Positions 21,753 through 36,839 of a stretch of DNA of 64,000 bases are shown here, piece after piece. The notes below the pieces were generated by a model that saw only the letters and a list, made by a program, of their open reading frames with translations, had not been told where the DNA came from and ran no database searches. The translations under genes were made by a program, and so were the position numbers. This DNA comes from Escherichia coli (lineage in GTDB: Bacteria > Pseudomonadota > Gammaproteobacteria > Enterobacterales > Enterobacteriaceae), in assembly GCF_003790525.1 (NCBI RefSeq), contig NZ_CP033635.1. One strand, given 5' to 3'. Position 1 is the first letter of the stretch; every line of letters starts with the position of its first letter.

Positions 21753-22845
21753 GGTTGTATTGCTGTGCCGTCCGGGCTTTGAAAAAGAGTGCGCCGCAGA
21801 AATTACCGATAAAGCCGGCCAGCGGGAAATTTTCGGTTTTGCCCGCGTGAAAGAGAATGCGGGTTATGTCATTTATGAATGTTATCAACCTGATGATGGC
21901 GATAAGTTAATCCGTGAGCTGCCGTTCAGTTCATTAATTTTTGCCCGCCAGTGGTTTGTGGTGGGGGAACTCCTGCAGCATTTGCCGCCTGAAGATCGTA
22001 TTACCCCCATTGTCGGTATGTTACAGGGCGTAGTAGAGAAGGGCGGTGAACTGCGTGTTGAAGTTGCCGATACCAACGAAAGCAAAGAGTTGCTGAAATT
22101 CTGCCGTAAATTCACCGTGCCGCTACGCGCTGCCTTGCGTGATGCGGGTGTGCTGGCGAACTATGAAACGCCGAAGCGTCCGGTTGTGCATGTATTCTTT
22201 ATTGCACCAGGCTGTTGCTATACCGGTTACTCATACAGCAACAATAATTCGCCGTTCTATATGGGCATTCCGCGCCTGAAATTTCCGGCAGATGCGCCGA
22301 GTCGTTCCACGCTCAAACTGGAAGAGGCATTTCATGTGTTTATTCCCGCGGATGAGTGGGATGAACGCCTGGCGAACGGGATGTGGGCGGTGGATTTGGG
22401 CGCTTGCCCAGGCGGCTGGACCTACCAACTGGTGAAGCGCAACATGTGGGTTTATTCCGTCGACAACGGCCCGATGGCGCAAAGTCTGATGGATACCGGG
22501 CAGGTAACGTGGCTGCGGGAAGACGGTTTCAAATTCCGTCCGACACGCAGCAATATCTCCTGGATGGTATGCGATATGGTTGAAAAACCGGCGAAAGTTG
22601 CGGCATTGATGGCGCAGTGGCTGGTTAATGGCTGGTGCCGTGAAACCATTTTCAACCTCAAACTGCCGATGAAAAAACGCTACGAAGAAGTGTCACACAA
22701 TCTGGCGTATATTCAGGCACAGCTTGATGAACATGGCATAAATGCTCAGATCCAGGCGCGGCAGTTGTATCACGATCGCGAAGAAGTGACGGTGCACGTC
22801 CGCCGTATCTGGGCTGCGGTGGGTGGTCGTCGCGACGAGCGATAA
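21745..22845 (+). CDS. rlmM: 23S rRNA 2'-O-ribose C2498 methyltransferase
   Basis: 366 aa; FtsJ-like methyltransferase fold motifs; synteny. Confidence 0.85.
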
Positions 22846-22888
22846 CAGGCAAGGCCGGGGCGTCGTCTCCGGCCTGCTACCCTTTCCG

Positions 22889-23620
22889 TCAGGCTGTTAC
22901 CAAAGAAGCCGCAACCTGGCGCTCATCAGAAATAATGTGCGTGACCTCATCCAGATGCCCGATGCGGGCTTCCCCTGAACGATTAAATTTACTTTTATCA
23001 ATCAATAACAACGATTGCGCGGCGCGTTTTAATAGCATTGATTTGTAATCAGCGTTGATGGCATTGGAGTCCCACAGTGCGCCGCTGCTATCGATCCCTT
23101 CACAAGAAAAAATAAACAGATCGATTTCCAGCGATTTAAGCTGGGAAATCAGCGAGGGATTGACGTAACAACCATATTTGCGCTCAAGTGTGCCGCCGGA
23201 ACTGATCAGTTGAATGCGTTCACGTTTACCGAGTTCATGGCAAATCGGATGGCTATTGGTGAAGACCTGGATGTTGATGTCAGGCAACTGGCGTGCCAGA
23301 TACCAGCAGGTTGAACTGGCGTCTAATGCTATTACCATCCCTTCTTCAATCCACGCGAGCGCCTCGCGCGCGATATCTGCTTTATGCGCATAATGGCTTT
23401 TCAACCGGATGTGAAAGGGATCGCCACTGTCTTGATTTTGACGGTGGATATATTTAGCGCGTCCATGATTGCGCAGAATTTTACCCTGCGTCTGTAATTC
23501 ATTGAGATCGCGACGAATGGTTTCTTTACTGACCTTTAGCTGTTCAGAGAGAGCTTCCGTGGTCAGGCTGGTATGGTTCAGCAGCAGGTCGACTATCGCT
23601 TGCTGGCGTGCCGCTTTCAT
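22889..23620 (-). CDS. fucR: DeoR-family L-fucose operon activator
   Basis: 243 aa from MKAARQQAIVDLL, DeoR HTH. Confidence 0.9.
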   Translation of the reverse strand: MKAARQQAIVDLLLNHTSLTTEALSEQLKVSKETIRRDLNELQTQGKILRNHGRAKYIHRQNQDSGDPFHIRLKSHYAHKADIAREALAWIEEGMVIALDASSTCWYLARQLPDINIQVFTNSHPICHELGKRERIQLISSGGTLERKYGCYVNPSLISQLKSLEIDLFIFSCEGIDSSGALWDSNAINADYKSMLLKRAAQSLLLIDKSKFNRSGEARIGHLDEVTHIISDERQVAASLVTA

Positions 23621-23677
23621 ATTTTTCACCCCATCATTCGATAACCGCCCGCGTCATGCGGGCGTACCGGTATGAGA

Positions 23678-24100
23678 TTACGGTGTTACCCCTTTTTTTA
23701 AAAGAATATTCCCGTACTTCGCTCGTTCGCCTGTGATAACGATCGCAAAGGCTTTTTGCGCCCGTTCATAAAACGCAAAACGATTGATGCGGATGATGTC
23801 AGGACAGGGGGCTTGTAGTGAAAGCGCATTACGATAACGTCGTTCTACTTCAGGATCGAGAGTGTCACCTTCTACCGCCGCCATCATCACCAGCGGCGGT
23901 GCATAACTGTCCAGTTCAAATAACGGGATAATCGCCTGGAGCAAGTCACTCACCAACAGGCCATCAGCGCGGATCACCTGCGGTCCCATCGAATGGGCGG
24001 GAAAGTGAGCATCGGAAAAAATAATTTCATCTCCATGTCCCATCTCTGCCAGCACTTTCAATAGTTCGGGAGAAATTAACGGCGAAATTGTTTTCAGCAT
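23678..24100 (-). CDS. fucU: L-fucose mutarotase
   Basis: 140 aa RbsD/FucU family. Confidence 0.9.
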
Positions 24101-24101
24101 T

Positions 24102-25550
24102 TCACACTTCCTCTATAAATTCAGGTTCAGTTTGCGGGTAGAAATAACGGTACTGATAATGAATCTGCGCGCGGGCTTCTTCCGGGCTGTTAAATTCCCC
24201 TACGCCATACCAACCGAACAGCGCAGCTCCTGCGACGGTCGTTTCTGCGTCGTCGAGAACTTTTACCGGAATATCAAGCATATTGGCTTTAATCTGATTC
24301 CACAATGTGTTGCGACTTCCTCCGCCAACTAACAATAATTCAGAGGCTTTAAAGTGCCCGATTTTTTCCAGCATCTGTAGATTGCGCTGTAATTGCGTGG
24401 TTAACCCTTCCAGCGCCGCGCGATAGAAATGCCCCCGCGTGGTATTAAGCGTCACTCCTTGCCAGCCAGCGTTCTGACACGACAATAAATCACACTGCAT
24501 TTTCACTCCATCTGCGCCAGGAGCGATCAGACGAGCTTCTTCAATCAACATTTGCCAGGGAGTTTCAGCCGTCCAGAACAGTTTTCTCACCCATTCCAGC
24601 ACGCCGGATGCCAGCCATTGCATACCTGGGTTATACAACCCTGCCTGGCTATCCAGTTCGCAGGTAGAACCGGCGTACTGACTTAACAGCGAAGTATCAA
24701 CCTGGGCGCTGCGGACCATTAAAATTTCCCATGTACCGGAAGAGAGCACGGGTTCATTTTGTTCGGCACCAGCGCCAAAAAGGGCGAACTGGGTATCGTG
24801 ACCTGCGGAAATCACCGGTATGCCAACGGGTAAGCCGAGCATTGCTGCGGCGCTGTTCTGTAGCGTACCAATCTGTTCACCCGCTTCCACCAGACGAGGG
24901 AAGAGTCGGCGTGGAATACCGGTGGCTTGTAAAATTTGCGGACTGAAATCGCGTTGCTGGATATCCAGCATCTGGCTGGTTCCGGCCATCGTAATATCAG
25001 TAGTGAATTCGCCGGTTAAACGGTGGTTAATCAGCGACGAAATAAAGAGCCAGGCGTGCGCGCGTTCCAGCAGTTGTGGATGATTTTCTTTCAACCACAC
25101 CAACTTATATAACGTATTGAAACTAAAGGCTCCGACTCCAGAAATAGCCTGCAACTGCTGTGCGGAGATCAACCGTTCAATATTGTCCATTACCGCGGCT
25201 GTTCGCGGACATTTCCAGCTAATGATCGGATAGAGCAGATTGCCTTGCTTATCTACCAGAGCGCCATCCACACCAAAGGTGGTGACGGCGATACCGCGGA
25301 TGTGGCAATCAGTCAGTTCACTATTGATTTGCCGACAGCAATCAGCAAAGCGTTGCAAAATGGCGTCTAAAGACCACTGGTGCCAGGTGTTGTTTTCCAT
25401 CGCGATATCGCTGGCATTAGGCGTTGAGGCGCGGGCAACAATTTTTCCCTGCCGATTAACCGCGATGGCCCTGACATTGGTCGCGCCACAGTCGAGTACC
25501 AGGATAACTTCTTGTTTCATAATCGCTCCTGCAATATAGCCGGATAACAT
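24102..25550 (-). CDS. fucK: L-fuculokinase
   Basis: FGGY carbohydrate kinase; 482 aa from the first ATG, alternative start 10 codons in ([15 protein letters not shown]) gives 472 aa. Confidence 0.9.
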
Positions 25551-25628
25551 TGCTTATCCGGCTAACCACTCTTGCTTGTTCAGGCCCGGTAGCCGGAGCG
25601 ACCGGGCATCACATCAGGGAGTAATGTA

Positions 25629-27404
25629 TTAACGCTTGTACAACGGGCCGTAGTTCTGGCAAGCGCGGTAATCCTGGCCTTCAATATCCATGCCGTGCGC
25701 GGCCCAGGCAGAAGGACGATACACTTTGGTCTCTTCAACGTTGTGCATACATACCGGGATACGCAGCATGGAGGCAAGAGTGATAAAGTCTGCGCCAACG
25801 TGGCCGATGGTCAGAACCCCGTGGTTAGCGCCCCAGTTCGCCATTACCGAGTACACATCCGTAAACGGCCCTTTACCGGTGAGGCGCGGTGCAAACCAGG
25901 TGGTTGGCCAGGTTGAGTTGGTGCGTTTGTTGAGGATGTCATGCACATCCTTCGGCAATTCCACGCTCCAGCCTTCCGCGATTTGCAGTACCGGTCCCAG
26001 GCCTTTGATGATGTTGACACGAGTCATGGTGAACGGGACGCCGCCTTCGGTAAGGAAGCGGGAAGAGTAACCGCCGCCACGGAAGTATTCGTGGATCGCC
26101 GGGCACCATTCGGTAGCGGCGAGGCAAGCGTCAGCCTCTTGCTGAGAGATTTCCCAGTGCGGCTTCATCGTCGGGTTACCTTCGCTGTCGCGTTGTTTAC
26201 AGGAACCGTCCAGCGCAGCAGAACCGGAGTTGATCAAATGGATGATGCCGTGTTCTGCCAGTCCATCGAGTTTATGCCCCGTTACACGCTCAATTGCTTC
26301 TGGTGACCAGTAGGTACGCACATCGGCAAATACCTGAGCGGTGCCGGTGAGTTGGTGACCCATTAGCATTGCCACGCCGTTAAGACTGTCGTTTTCGGTC
26401 GCCACGACAAAGGGTTCGCGCACGCCATTCCAGTCAAATGAACTGTTGAGGAGCGCTTCGGCGGTGTCACCATTGGGATATTGATCGGTCCAGTGGCGTT
26501 GTCCCTGGAAGCCCGCAGCGATGGCGTTGTAGCCAAGTGATTCTTCCACGCGACCAATATCGGCCAGTTTGCTGTTGCCTTGCATCATGTCGCGGATACA
26601 CATCGCCATCAGTAAACTTTCGCGCAGAACTGCGCGGCTTTGCTCGGCATTGCGTTGATACTGTTTGTTATTTTCATCTTCGCCATAACGGAAGTTTTTA
26701 TCAGCCCAGGCCAGCGCCATTTCCAGTTCGGCTTCGTCGTAAATCTTCTGATCGATACGGCGACGCAGTTCGGTCATATCCACCGCCTGGACTTTCATTC
26801 CCAGCCAGGATTCAAAGAAGTTGTGATCAACAATAGAACCGGCGATACCCATCGAAACGCCGCCCAGCGACAGATAGCTTTTACCTTTCATGCTGGCGAC
26901 GGCCAAACCGGCGCGGGCAAAGCGCAGCAGTTTTTCTTCAACATCAGCAGGAATCGATGTGTCATCGGCATCCTGAACGTCATGACCGTAAATGGAGAAT
27001 GCCGGGATGCCTTTCTGGCTGTGAGCTGCCAGAGCCGCTGCCAGGTAAACAGCGCCGGGACGTTCGGTGCCGTTAAAGCCCCAAATGGCTTTCGGGCGGG
27101 TTGGATCCATGTCGATGGTTTCACTGCCATAGCACCAGCAAGGGGTTACCGTAATGGTGAGGCCTACATTCTGACTGCTGAATTTTTCTTCGCAAGCAGC
27201 GGCTTCAGCCATACCCGCGATACAGGTATCGGAAATGACACACTCGACGGCAGCTCCACAGGCATGGCGCAGTTTCTCGGTCAGCAGTGCGGCCGTGGCT
27301 TTCGCCATATTCATTGTTTGTTCTTCAAGCGACTCACGAACACCCATGCGACGACCGTCAATAACCGGGCGGATACCAATTTTCGGTAAGCTGATTTTTT
27401 TCAT
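25629..27404 (-). CDS. fucI: L-fucose isomerase
   Basis: 591 aa. Confidence 0.95.
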   Translation of the reverse strand: MKKISLPKIGIRPVIDGRRMGVRESLEEQTMNMAKATAALLTEKLRHACGAAVECVISDTCIAGMAEAAACEEKFSSQNVGLTITVTPCWCYGSETIDMDPTRPKAIWGFNGTERPGAVYLAAALAAHSQKGIPAFSIYGHDVQDADDTSIPADVEEKLLRFARAGLAVASMKGKSYLSLGGVSMGIAGSIVDHNFFESWLGMKVQAVDMTELRRRIDQKIYDEAELEMALAWADKNFRYGEDENNKQYQRNAEQSRAVLRESLLMAMCIRDMMQGNSKLADIGRVEESLGYNAIAAGFQGQRHWTDQYPNGDTAEALLNSSFDWNGVREPFVVATENDSLNGVAMLMGHQLTGTAQVFADVRTYWSPEAIERVTGHKLDGLAEHGIIHLINSGSAALDGSCKQRDSEGNPTMKPHWEISQQEADACLAATEWCPAIHEYFRGGGYSSRFLTEGGVPFTMTRVNIIKGLGPVLQIAEGWSVELPKDVHDILNKRTNSTWPTTWFAPRLTGKGPFTDVYSVMANWGANHGVLTIGHVGADFITLASMLRIPVCMHNVEETKVYRPSAWAAHGMDIEGQDYRACQNYGPLYKR

Positions 27405-27436
27405 TACAGATTCCTCACTTTATTCGGAAAATATGT

Positions 27437-28753
27437 TCAGTTAGTTGCCGTTTGAGAACGGAAACGGGCAAAGATAAAGATGACTGCGAAGCAGAGTGCG
27501 GGGATCAGTTCAGCTGTGGGGATGTTGCCCGCAGCGTCACTGACAAAACCCATGACCGGAGTGACAATACCGCCGCCAATAATGGTCATAACGATGAAGG
27601 ACGAACCGTATTTGGTGTCCTGGCCGAGATTCTTAATGCCCAGCGAGAAGATTGTTGGGTACTGAATCGACATAAAGGCACTGCATAAAGTCAGGGCTAT
27701 TAAACCCACATGACCGCCAGCGAAGGCTGAGATCAGGCACAGTGCCATAGCAATTAATGCGTAGGCTGCCAGGACTTTGTGTGGTGCGAAGCGACTGATG
27801 AGCCAGGTACCGGTGAAACGACCAATAAAGAAGCACACCATGGTTCCGGTTAAATAGTTAGCGGCAAAGCCTGCTGTCATACCTGGAATTTCTTCTACAG
27901 CGTAGCGAATTAAATAGCTCCAGCAGGCCGTTTGTGCGCCAACGTAGCAGAATTGCGCTAATACTGCCCAGCGCCAGTGGCGAATACGCGCCAGGCGAGA
28001 AAGCGATGCGGAGAACGATCCTTGTTTGGCGTCACTGTGATTATCACTCTGCAATGCCGGGAATTTCGTCAGCATGATCAGCAGGGCGACCAGTAACACG
28101 ATAGCCACGATGATCATATAAGGTGTCTGTACCGATAATACCAGGCTGTGTTTATACGCACTCAATTGCTCTGGAGACATTTTATCGAGAACGTCTTGCG
28201 ATTGATGTGGCACGTTAGACAAAATAAGACTTTGCCCAAAGACAACCGCGATAATTGCGCCAAATGAGTTAAATGTTTGCGCAAGATTTAAGCGGAAGTG
28301 ACCACTGCTTTCCGGCCCTAATACCGTAACAAAAGGGTTTGCGGCAGTTTCCAGACAACCTAATCCGGCTGCAATAATAAATAGGCCAACTAAAAACAAG
28401 GTGTAGTTCATTATTTCTGCGGCGGGCCAGAATAATGCAGCGCCGAAGGCATATAAAAACAATCCGGTAATAATCCCTGCTTTATAACTGAGTTTTTTCA
28501 TCAATATCCCGGCAGGGATTGGGATAATGAAATAACCAAAGTAAAAGGCCGATTGGATCAGGCCAGCCTGGAAATTTGTCAGCGTAAAAGCCTGCTGGAA
28601 TTGAGGCAATAAAATGTCGTTAAGGTTATTGGCTACCGCCCAAAGAAAAAACAGTGAGCACAGCAGTGCAAATGGAATAATGTAACTTCTGCTTTGCCCT
28701 GCATCTTTATCTACCGCACGGTAACTCTGCGTTTGTATTGATGTGTTTCCCAT
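27437..28753 (-). CDS. fucP: L-fucose:H+ symporter (MFS)
   Basis: 438 aa, 12-TM MFS. Confidence 0.95.
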   Translation of the reverse strand: MGNTSIQTQSYRAVDKDAGQSRSYIIPFALLCSLFFLWAVANNLNDILLPQFQQAFTLTNFQAGLIQSAFYFGYFIIPIPAGILMKKLSYKAGIITGLFLYAFGAALFWPAAEIMNYTLFLVGLFIIAAGLGCLETAANPFVTVLGPESSGHFRLNLAQTFNSFGAIIAVVFGQSLILSNVPHQSQDVLDKMSPEQLSAYKHSLVLSVQTPYMIIVAIVLLVALLIMLTKFPALQSDNHSDAKQGSFSASLSRLARIRHWRWAVLAQFCYVGAQTACWSYLIRYAVEEIPGMTAGFAANYLTGTMVCFFIGRFTGTWLISRFAPHKVLAAYALIAMALCLISAFAGGHVGLIALTLCSAFMSIQYPTIFSLGIKNLGQDTKYGSSFIVMTIIGGGIVTPVMGFVSDAAGNIPTAELIPALCFAVIFIFARFRSQTATN

Positions 28754-29299
28754 AGCATCCTCTTAGGTTCAGAAGCTTAAGCACGTAATCGGTTATGTTT
28801 TCAAAAGTGCAAAACCAGCGAGTTCGGGCTTCATATCAGTAAATATTTGCCTGTCTGAAATGAACTCATGGATTCATTTTCAAATAAAAAACGCTCTGTA
28901 ATATGACGGCGGTCACACTTATTAGCCGGAAGGTGACTTTATGTGACTACCATCACTTTAATAATCGAAATTTCATGCCCGTTTCAGAAAATAAATCATA
29001 AAAAACACAAACCAGATGACCGTATTAATTGTTTGTGCCGAAAACGGGCATTCCTGGCAGGGAAGAGTAGAAAAATGACCGTTTTGATAAATATTTTTAA
29101 GAGCGGTCATTTTTAATGGGGTTATAAAAAGAGAAATTGCAGTTATTTACTGTGATTAGTTGAACCAGGTCACAAAATATAAGCTTGTGAATTTCTTTCT
29201 GGTTAATCAGGAAGAATATGGTGAGTAATTAAACGGCTAATTCAATAGTGTGAAAGGAACAACATTATTGCCCTGTTTTGAATCAGAGAGAGGTAGCTA

Positions 29300-29947
29300 A
29301 TGGAACGAAATAAACTTGCTCGTCAGATTATTGACACTTGCCTGGAAATGACTCGCCTGGGGCTGAACCAGGGGACAGCGGGTAACGTCAGTGTACGTTA
29401 TCAGGATGGGATGCTGATTACGCCTACAGGTATTCCATATGAAAAACTGACGGAGTCGCATATTGTCTTTATTGATGGCAACGGCAAACATGAGGAAGGA
29501 AAACTCCCCTCAAGCGAGTGGCGTTTCCATATGGCGGCCTATCAAAGCAGACCGGATGCCAACGCGGTTGTTCACAATCATGCCGTTCATTGTACGGCAG
29601 TTTCCATTCTTAACCGACCGATCCCCGCTATTCACTACATGATTGCGGCGGCTGGCGGTAATTCTATTCCTTGCGCGCCTTATGCGACCTTTGGAACACG
29701 CGAACTTTCTGAACATGTTGCGCTGGCTCTCAAAATTCGTAAGGCAACTTTGTTACAACATCATGGGCTTATCGCTTGTGAGGCGAATCTGGAGAAAGCG
29801 TTATGGCTGGCGCATGAAGTTGAAGTGCTGGCACAACTTTACCTGACGACCCTGGCGATTACGGACCCGGTGCCAGTGCTGAGCGATGAAGAGATTGCCG
29901 TAGTGCTGGAGAAATTCAAAACCTACGGGTTACGGATTGAAGAGTAA
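29300..29947 (+). CDS. fucA: L-fuculose-phosphate aldolase
   Basis: 215 aa class II aldolase; divergent from fucPIK. Confidence 0.95.
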   Translation: MERNKLARQIIDTCLEMTRLGLNQGTAGNVSVRYQDGMLITPTGIPYEKLTESHIVFIDGNGKHEEGKLPSSEWRFHMAAYQSRPDANAVVHNHAVHCTAVSILNRPIPAIHYMIAAAGGNSIPCAPYATFGTRELSEHVALALKIRKATLLQHHGLIACEANLEKALWLAHEVEVLAQLYLTTLAITDPVPVLSDEEIAVVLEKFKTYGLRIEE

Positions 29948-29974
29948 TTTCGTAAAGCAACAAGGAGAAGGATG

Positions 29975-31123
29975 ATGGCTAACAGAATGATTCTGAACGA
30001 AACGGCATGGTTTGGTCGGGGTGCTGTTGGGGCTTTAACCGATGAGGTGAAACGCCGTGGTTATCAGAAGGCGCTGATCGTCACCGATAAAACGCTGGTG
30101 CAATGCGGCGTGGTGGCGAAAGTGACCGATAAGATGGATGCTGCAGGGCTGGCATGGGCGATTTACGACGGCGTAGTGCCCAACCCAACAATTACTGTCG
30201 TCAAAGAAGGGCTCGGTGTATTCCAGAATAGCGGCGCGGATTACCTGATCGCTATTGGTGGCGGTTCTCCACAGGATACGTGTAAAGCGATTGGCATTAT
30301 CAGCAACAATCCGGAGTTTGCCGATGTGCGTAGCCTGGAAGGGCTTTCCCCGACCAATAAACCCAGTGTACCGATTCTGGCAATCCCCACCACAGCAGGT
30401 ACTGCGGCAGAAGTGACCATTAACTACGTGATCACTGACGAAGAAAAACGGCGCAAGTTTGTTTGCGTTGATCCGCATGATATCCCGCAGGTGGCGTTTA
30501 TTGACGCTGACATGATGGATGGTATGCCTCCAGCGCTGAAAGCCGCGACGGGTGTCGATGCGCTCACTCATGCTATTGAGGGGTATATTACCCGTGGCGC
30601 GTGGGCGCTAACCGATGCACTGCACATTAAAGCGATTGAAATCATTGCTGGGGCGCTGCGAGGATCGGTTGCTGGTGATAAGGATGCCGGAGAAGAAATG
30701 GCGCTCGGGCAGTATGTTGCGGGTATGGGCTTCTCGAATGTTGGGTTAGGGTTGGTGCATGGTATGGCGCATCCACTGGGCGCGTTTTACAACACGCCAC
30801 ACGGTGTTGCGAACGCCATCCTGTTACCGCATGTCATGCGCTATAACGCTGACTTTACCGGTGAGAAGTACCGCGATATCGCGCGCGTTATGGGCCTGAA
30901 AGTGGAAGGTATGAGCCTGGAAGAGGCGCGTAATGCCGCTGTTGAAGCGGTGTTTGCTCTCAACCGTGATGTCGGTATTCCGCCACATTTACGTGATGTT
31001 GGTGTACGCAAGGAAGACATTCCGGCACTGGCGCAGGCGGCACTGGATGATGTTTGTACCGGTGGCAACCCGCGTGAAGCAACGCTTGAGGATATTGTAG
31101 AGCTTTACCATACCGCCTGGTAA
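29975..31123 (+). CDS. fucO: L-1,2-propanediol oxidoreductase (lactaldehyde reductase)
   Basis: 382 aa iron-containing alcohol dehydrogenase family (GGGSPQD motif). Confidence 0.95.
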   Translation: MANRMILNETAWFGRGAVGALTDEVKRRGYQKALIVTDKTLVQCGVVAKVTDKMDAAGLAWAIYDGVVPNPTITVVKEGLGVFQNSGADYLIAIGGGSPQDTCKAIGIISNNPEFADVRSLEGLSPTNKPSVPILAIPTTAGTAAEVTINYVITDEEKRRKFVCVDPHDIPQVAFIDADMMDGMPPALKAATGVDALTHAIEGYITRGAWALTDALHIKAIEIIAGALRGSVAGDKDAGEEMALGQYVAGMGFSNVGLGLVHGMAHPLGAFYNTPHGVANAILLPHVMRYNADFTGEKYRDIARVMGLKVEGMSLEEARNAAVEAVFALNRDVGIPPHLRDVGVRKEDIPALAQAALDDVCTGGNPREATLEDIVELYHTAW

Positions 31124-31141
31124 ATGCGCTGATGTGATAAT

Positions 31142-31174
31142 GCCGGATGCGACGCTAGCCGTGTCTTATCCGGC
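31142..31174. repeat. REP element (gccggatgcgacgctagccgtgtcttatccggc)
   Basis: Matches the enterobacterial REP consensus (GCCKGATGCGRCG...CGTCTTATCMGGC). Confidence 0.6.
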
Positions 31175-31227
31175 ATATAAGTGCATTAAATTCAATGTGT
31201 TGATAATCGTTTGCATCCGGCACGCCG

Positions 31228-33461
<2,234 letters not shown>

Positions 33462-33518
33462 AGGAAATACATCGCGTTAAAACGGAGGAAGCGCCGCCCG
33501 AAAGCGGCGCGAAAGGAC

Positions 33519-34808
33519 TTAGCTGAACAGAGAGTAGAAGATTGCGGAGATTGCAATCAGACCCATCACGACAACGAATACGTTGCTGATGTGACCGCTG
33601 TACTTACGCATTGCCGGTACTTTCTGAATTGCGTACATCGGCATCAGGAACAGGATCATCGCGATGATTGGGCCGCCCAGGGTTTCAATCATACCCAGGA
33701 TGCTCGGGTTCAGGGTGGCAACAATCCAGGTCGTTACCAGCATGAACAGCGCAGTGATACGGTTCAGCTTGTTGATTTCGATAGACTTACCTTTACCACG
33801 CAGAGATTTAATCACCATACCGTTGAAGCCTTCACGTGCGCCCAGGTAGTGGCCGAGGAAGGATTTGGTGATAGCGATAATCGCGATAATCGGAGCCATC
33901 CACGCGATGATCGGCGCGTTAAAGTGGTTAGCCAGGTAAGACAGAATCGAGATGTTCTGCTCTTTAGCCGCAGCCAGGTCTGCCGGAGTCAGGCTCAGTA
34001 CGCAGCTGAAGACGAAGAACATTACGGTCAGCACCATCATGATGTGTGCGAATGCCAGGATCTTAGAGCATTTCTGTTCTGCCATATCGCCGTACTCTTC
34101 ACGCTTCGCAACGGCGAAAGAAGAGATGATCGGAGAGTGGTTGAACGAGAACACCATTACCGGAATTGCCAGCCACAGGGTCATCCACAGACCGTTTCCG
34201 GTTGCAGATGCAGTGTCCAGAGACAGTGTTTCCAGTGCTGCGCCGTTCCACTGCGGGATCAGGTACAGAGCCAGCAGCATCAGTACGCCAACAAACGGGA
34301 ATACCAGAATGCTCATCGCTTTAACGATCATCTGCTCACCGAAGCGAACGATGGTCATCATACCCACGATCAGGATCAGCGACAGAATCGCACGCGGCGG
34401 TGGTGTCATACCCAGCTGGTGAGACATGAAGCTTTCAACTGTATTGGTGATTGCCACGCTATAAACCAGCAGGATCGGGTAGATAGCGAAGAAGTAGAGC
34501 AGGGTAATCAGTTTACCTGCGCCAATACCAAAGTGTTCTTCTACAACCTCGGTGATGTCTTCGCCTGGGTTTTTACCAGACAGTACGAAGCGAGTCAGGC
34601 CGCGGTGAGCAAAAAATGTCATCGGGAACGCAAGGATAGCCATGATGATCAGCGGGATCATACCGCCAACACCGGCGTTGATTGGCAGGAACAGCACGCC
34701 CGCGCCGATTGCCGTGCCGTAAAGGCCCAGCATCCACATGGTGTCTGTCTTGCGCCAGGCACTACGAGAGTCTTTCGACGCAATCGTGCTGGTTTGAGTC
34801 GTTTCCAT
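33519..34808 (-). CDS. sdaC: Serine:H+ symporter
   Basis: 429 aa HAAAP-family permease, upstream of sdaB. Confidence 0.95.
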   Translation of the reverse strand: METTQTSTIASKDSRSAWRKTDTMWMLGLYGTAIGAGVLFLPINAGVGGMIPLIIMAILAFPMTFFAHRGLTRFVLSGKNPGEDITEVVEEHFGIGAGKLITLLYFFAIYPILLVYSVAITNTVESFMSHQLGMTPPPRAILSLILIVGMMTIVRFGEQMIVKAMSILVFPFVGVLMLLALYLIPQWNGAALETLSLDTASATGNGLWMTLWLAIPVMVFSFNHSPIISSFAVAKREEYGDMAEQKCSKILAFAHIMMVLTVMFFVFSCVLSLTPADLAAAKEQNISILSYLANHFNAPIIAWMAPIIAIIAITKSFLGHYLGAREGFNGMVIKSLRGKGKSIEINKLNRITALFMLVTTWIVATLNPSILGMIETLGGPIIAMILFLMPMYAIQKVPAMRKYSGHISNVFVVVMGLIAISAIFYSLFS

Positions 34809-35363
34809 CTATTTCTCCTGGAGGAATGCAAATAATTCAGCTTTTAGCCAGTTCAGCCCGGGAAGGTGCCTGACCGTAAAAATGAAATCTGTCTATCGGC
34901 GATGGCTTAATCATTTACCGCCGTAATAATTTGAGGGCGGAAAGATACACACAAGTTATGTATCTATCAGTGATCTTGATCCCAAATACAATAATCTACT
35001 TGGAAGATAGATTATCCCAACGCTTTACTCTGTAAATCAAAAGTAAAAGAGAATTTAAGGGCAATATTTGCCCATTAAACGACATCTGACTTCTTCCGGG
35101 GCGCGCAATATATGTAGGTTGAACTGAAAAAATCAATACTTTTAGTTAATCATGGCGATAATTTCTTTTTCATAGCGATAAAATGTGGTTTATGAAAATA
35201 GGGAAACGTTTGCGTTACAACATAAATTGTATGACATATTAACTATAATGATATTTATCGCGTGAGGGTGGTAAGAAACATTCATATAACAAATGAAATA
35301 AATTGATGGGTATGTGACCAAAAACGAGAAAACCCGGCAACAAACGTCACCGGGGGAGGGAGA

Positions 35364-36728
35364 TTACGTGCAGATTTCGTAGCAAGGGATGTAGGCTGAG
35401 CCTGGCAACTTCATACGATGCTGGGCAACAAAACCCTGTAGCAGGTCATCCATACGACGCATAATCTCTTTATCGCCGTTGATTTTATAAGGACCAAACT
35501 CTTCAATGGCGCGAATACCGACTTCTTTTACGTTACCCGCCACAATACCGGAGAACGCACGGCGCAGGTCGGCAGCCAGCACTTCAACGGGTTGATCCGG
35601 GTAAAGCTTCAGATTAGCCATATTCTCGTGAGACGGCTCAAACGGCATTTGCAAATCTGGCGCAATGCGCATTGACCAGTTAAAGCTGTAGGCATCGCCT
35701 GTGTCGCGGCGATTTTCTTTCACCAGCGGCATCGATTTTTTCATCTGACGAGCGACTTCAGCGGCGTCATCAATGATGATGCGGTAATGGCGGCGCGCGT
35801 TTTCACCCAACGTATGCACGACAAACTCGTCCAGTACGCGGAAGTAGTCGGCGCTCTCTTTCGGGCCGGTGAGGAGCAATGGTAAAACCTGATCTTTGTT
35901 GGCCGGGTTCATTAAAATTCCCAGCAAATACAGCAACTCTTCTGCCGTACCCACACCGCCAGGGAAGATAATGATACCGTGAGCGATACGGACAAACGCT
36001 TCCAGACGTTTTTCGATATCCGGCATGATGATCAATTCGTTGACCAGCGGGTTAGGCGGTTCAGCGGCGATAATCGATGGCTCTGTCATACCAATAAAAC
36101 GACTGTCTTTGTAACGCTGCTGTGCGTGTCCGACCGCAGCACCTTTCATTGGCGCTTCCATCGCTCCCGGACCACAGCCGGTGCAGATATTCAGCTCACG
36201 CAGGCCCAGCTGATTCCCGACGCGACGGGCATACAAATACTCGTTTTCGTTAATTGAGTGCCCGCCCCAGCAGACCACCATATTTGGCGCTTCACCAACA
36301 TGCAGCGCGCGAGCGTTACGCAAGATGGAAAAGACCAGGTTAGTGATGTGGACGGAGTTGTCGAGATTCAGGTTGGGAAAACGAACGGTGTTATGGATTT
36401 GCCCGTAAACGAAGAGAATGTCGCGCAGAACCGCGAACAAGTTGGCCTGCAAAGCGCGAATAATTCGCCCATCGACAAAAGCCTCTTCCGGGGGATTAAT
36501 CAGTTCCAGCTTTACGCCGCGTTCACGGCGCAGGACGTTAATATCGAAATTTTCAAAACGAGACAGCAATTCTTTGCTGTTATCGGTCAAACTACCGGAG
36601 TTCAGTACGGCAAGTGAACAGTTGCGAAACAGTTGATAGAGGTCGCTGCTGGCGGTGCGTTTAAGCATATCCACTTCCAGCTGCGACAACATATCCATGG
36701 AGCCAAGCGGGCTAATATGTGTAATCAA
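35364..36728 (-). CDS. ppnN: Pyrimidine/purine nucleotide 5'-monophosphate nucleosidase (LOG family)
   Basis: 454 aa; synteny. Confidence 0.85.
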   Translation of the reverse strand: MITHISPLGSMDMLSQLEVDMLKRTASSDLYQLFRNCSLAVLNSGSLTDNSKELLSRFENFDINVLRRERGVKLELINPPEEAFVDGRIIRALQANLFAVLRDILFVYGQIHNTVRFPNLNLDNSVHITNLVFSILRNARALHVGEAPNMVVCWGGHSINENEYLYARRVGNQLGLRELNICTGCGPGAMEAPMKGAAVGHAQQRYKDSRFIGMTEPSIIAAEPPNPLVNELIIMPDIEKRLEAFVRIAHGIIIFPGGVGTAEELLYLLGILMNPANKDQVLPLLLTGPKESADYFRVLDEFVVHTLGENARRHYRIIIDDAAEVARQMKKSMPLVKENRRDTGDAYSFNWSMRIAPDLQMPFEPSHENMANLKLYPDQPVEVLAADLRRAFSGIVAGNVKEVGIRAIEEFGPYKINGDKEIMRRMDDLLQGFVAQHRMKLPGSAYIPCYEICT

Positions 36729-36839
36729 GAAAAACTCCTTATGGGACGAATATCGTCATTCCCTTTGATTACAATAGCCCTGCCTGATGACCTTTCACAA
36801 CCTTCTGCGTGAATCCAGCACGCAAAATTGAGAAAAAAT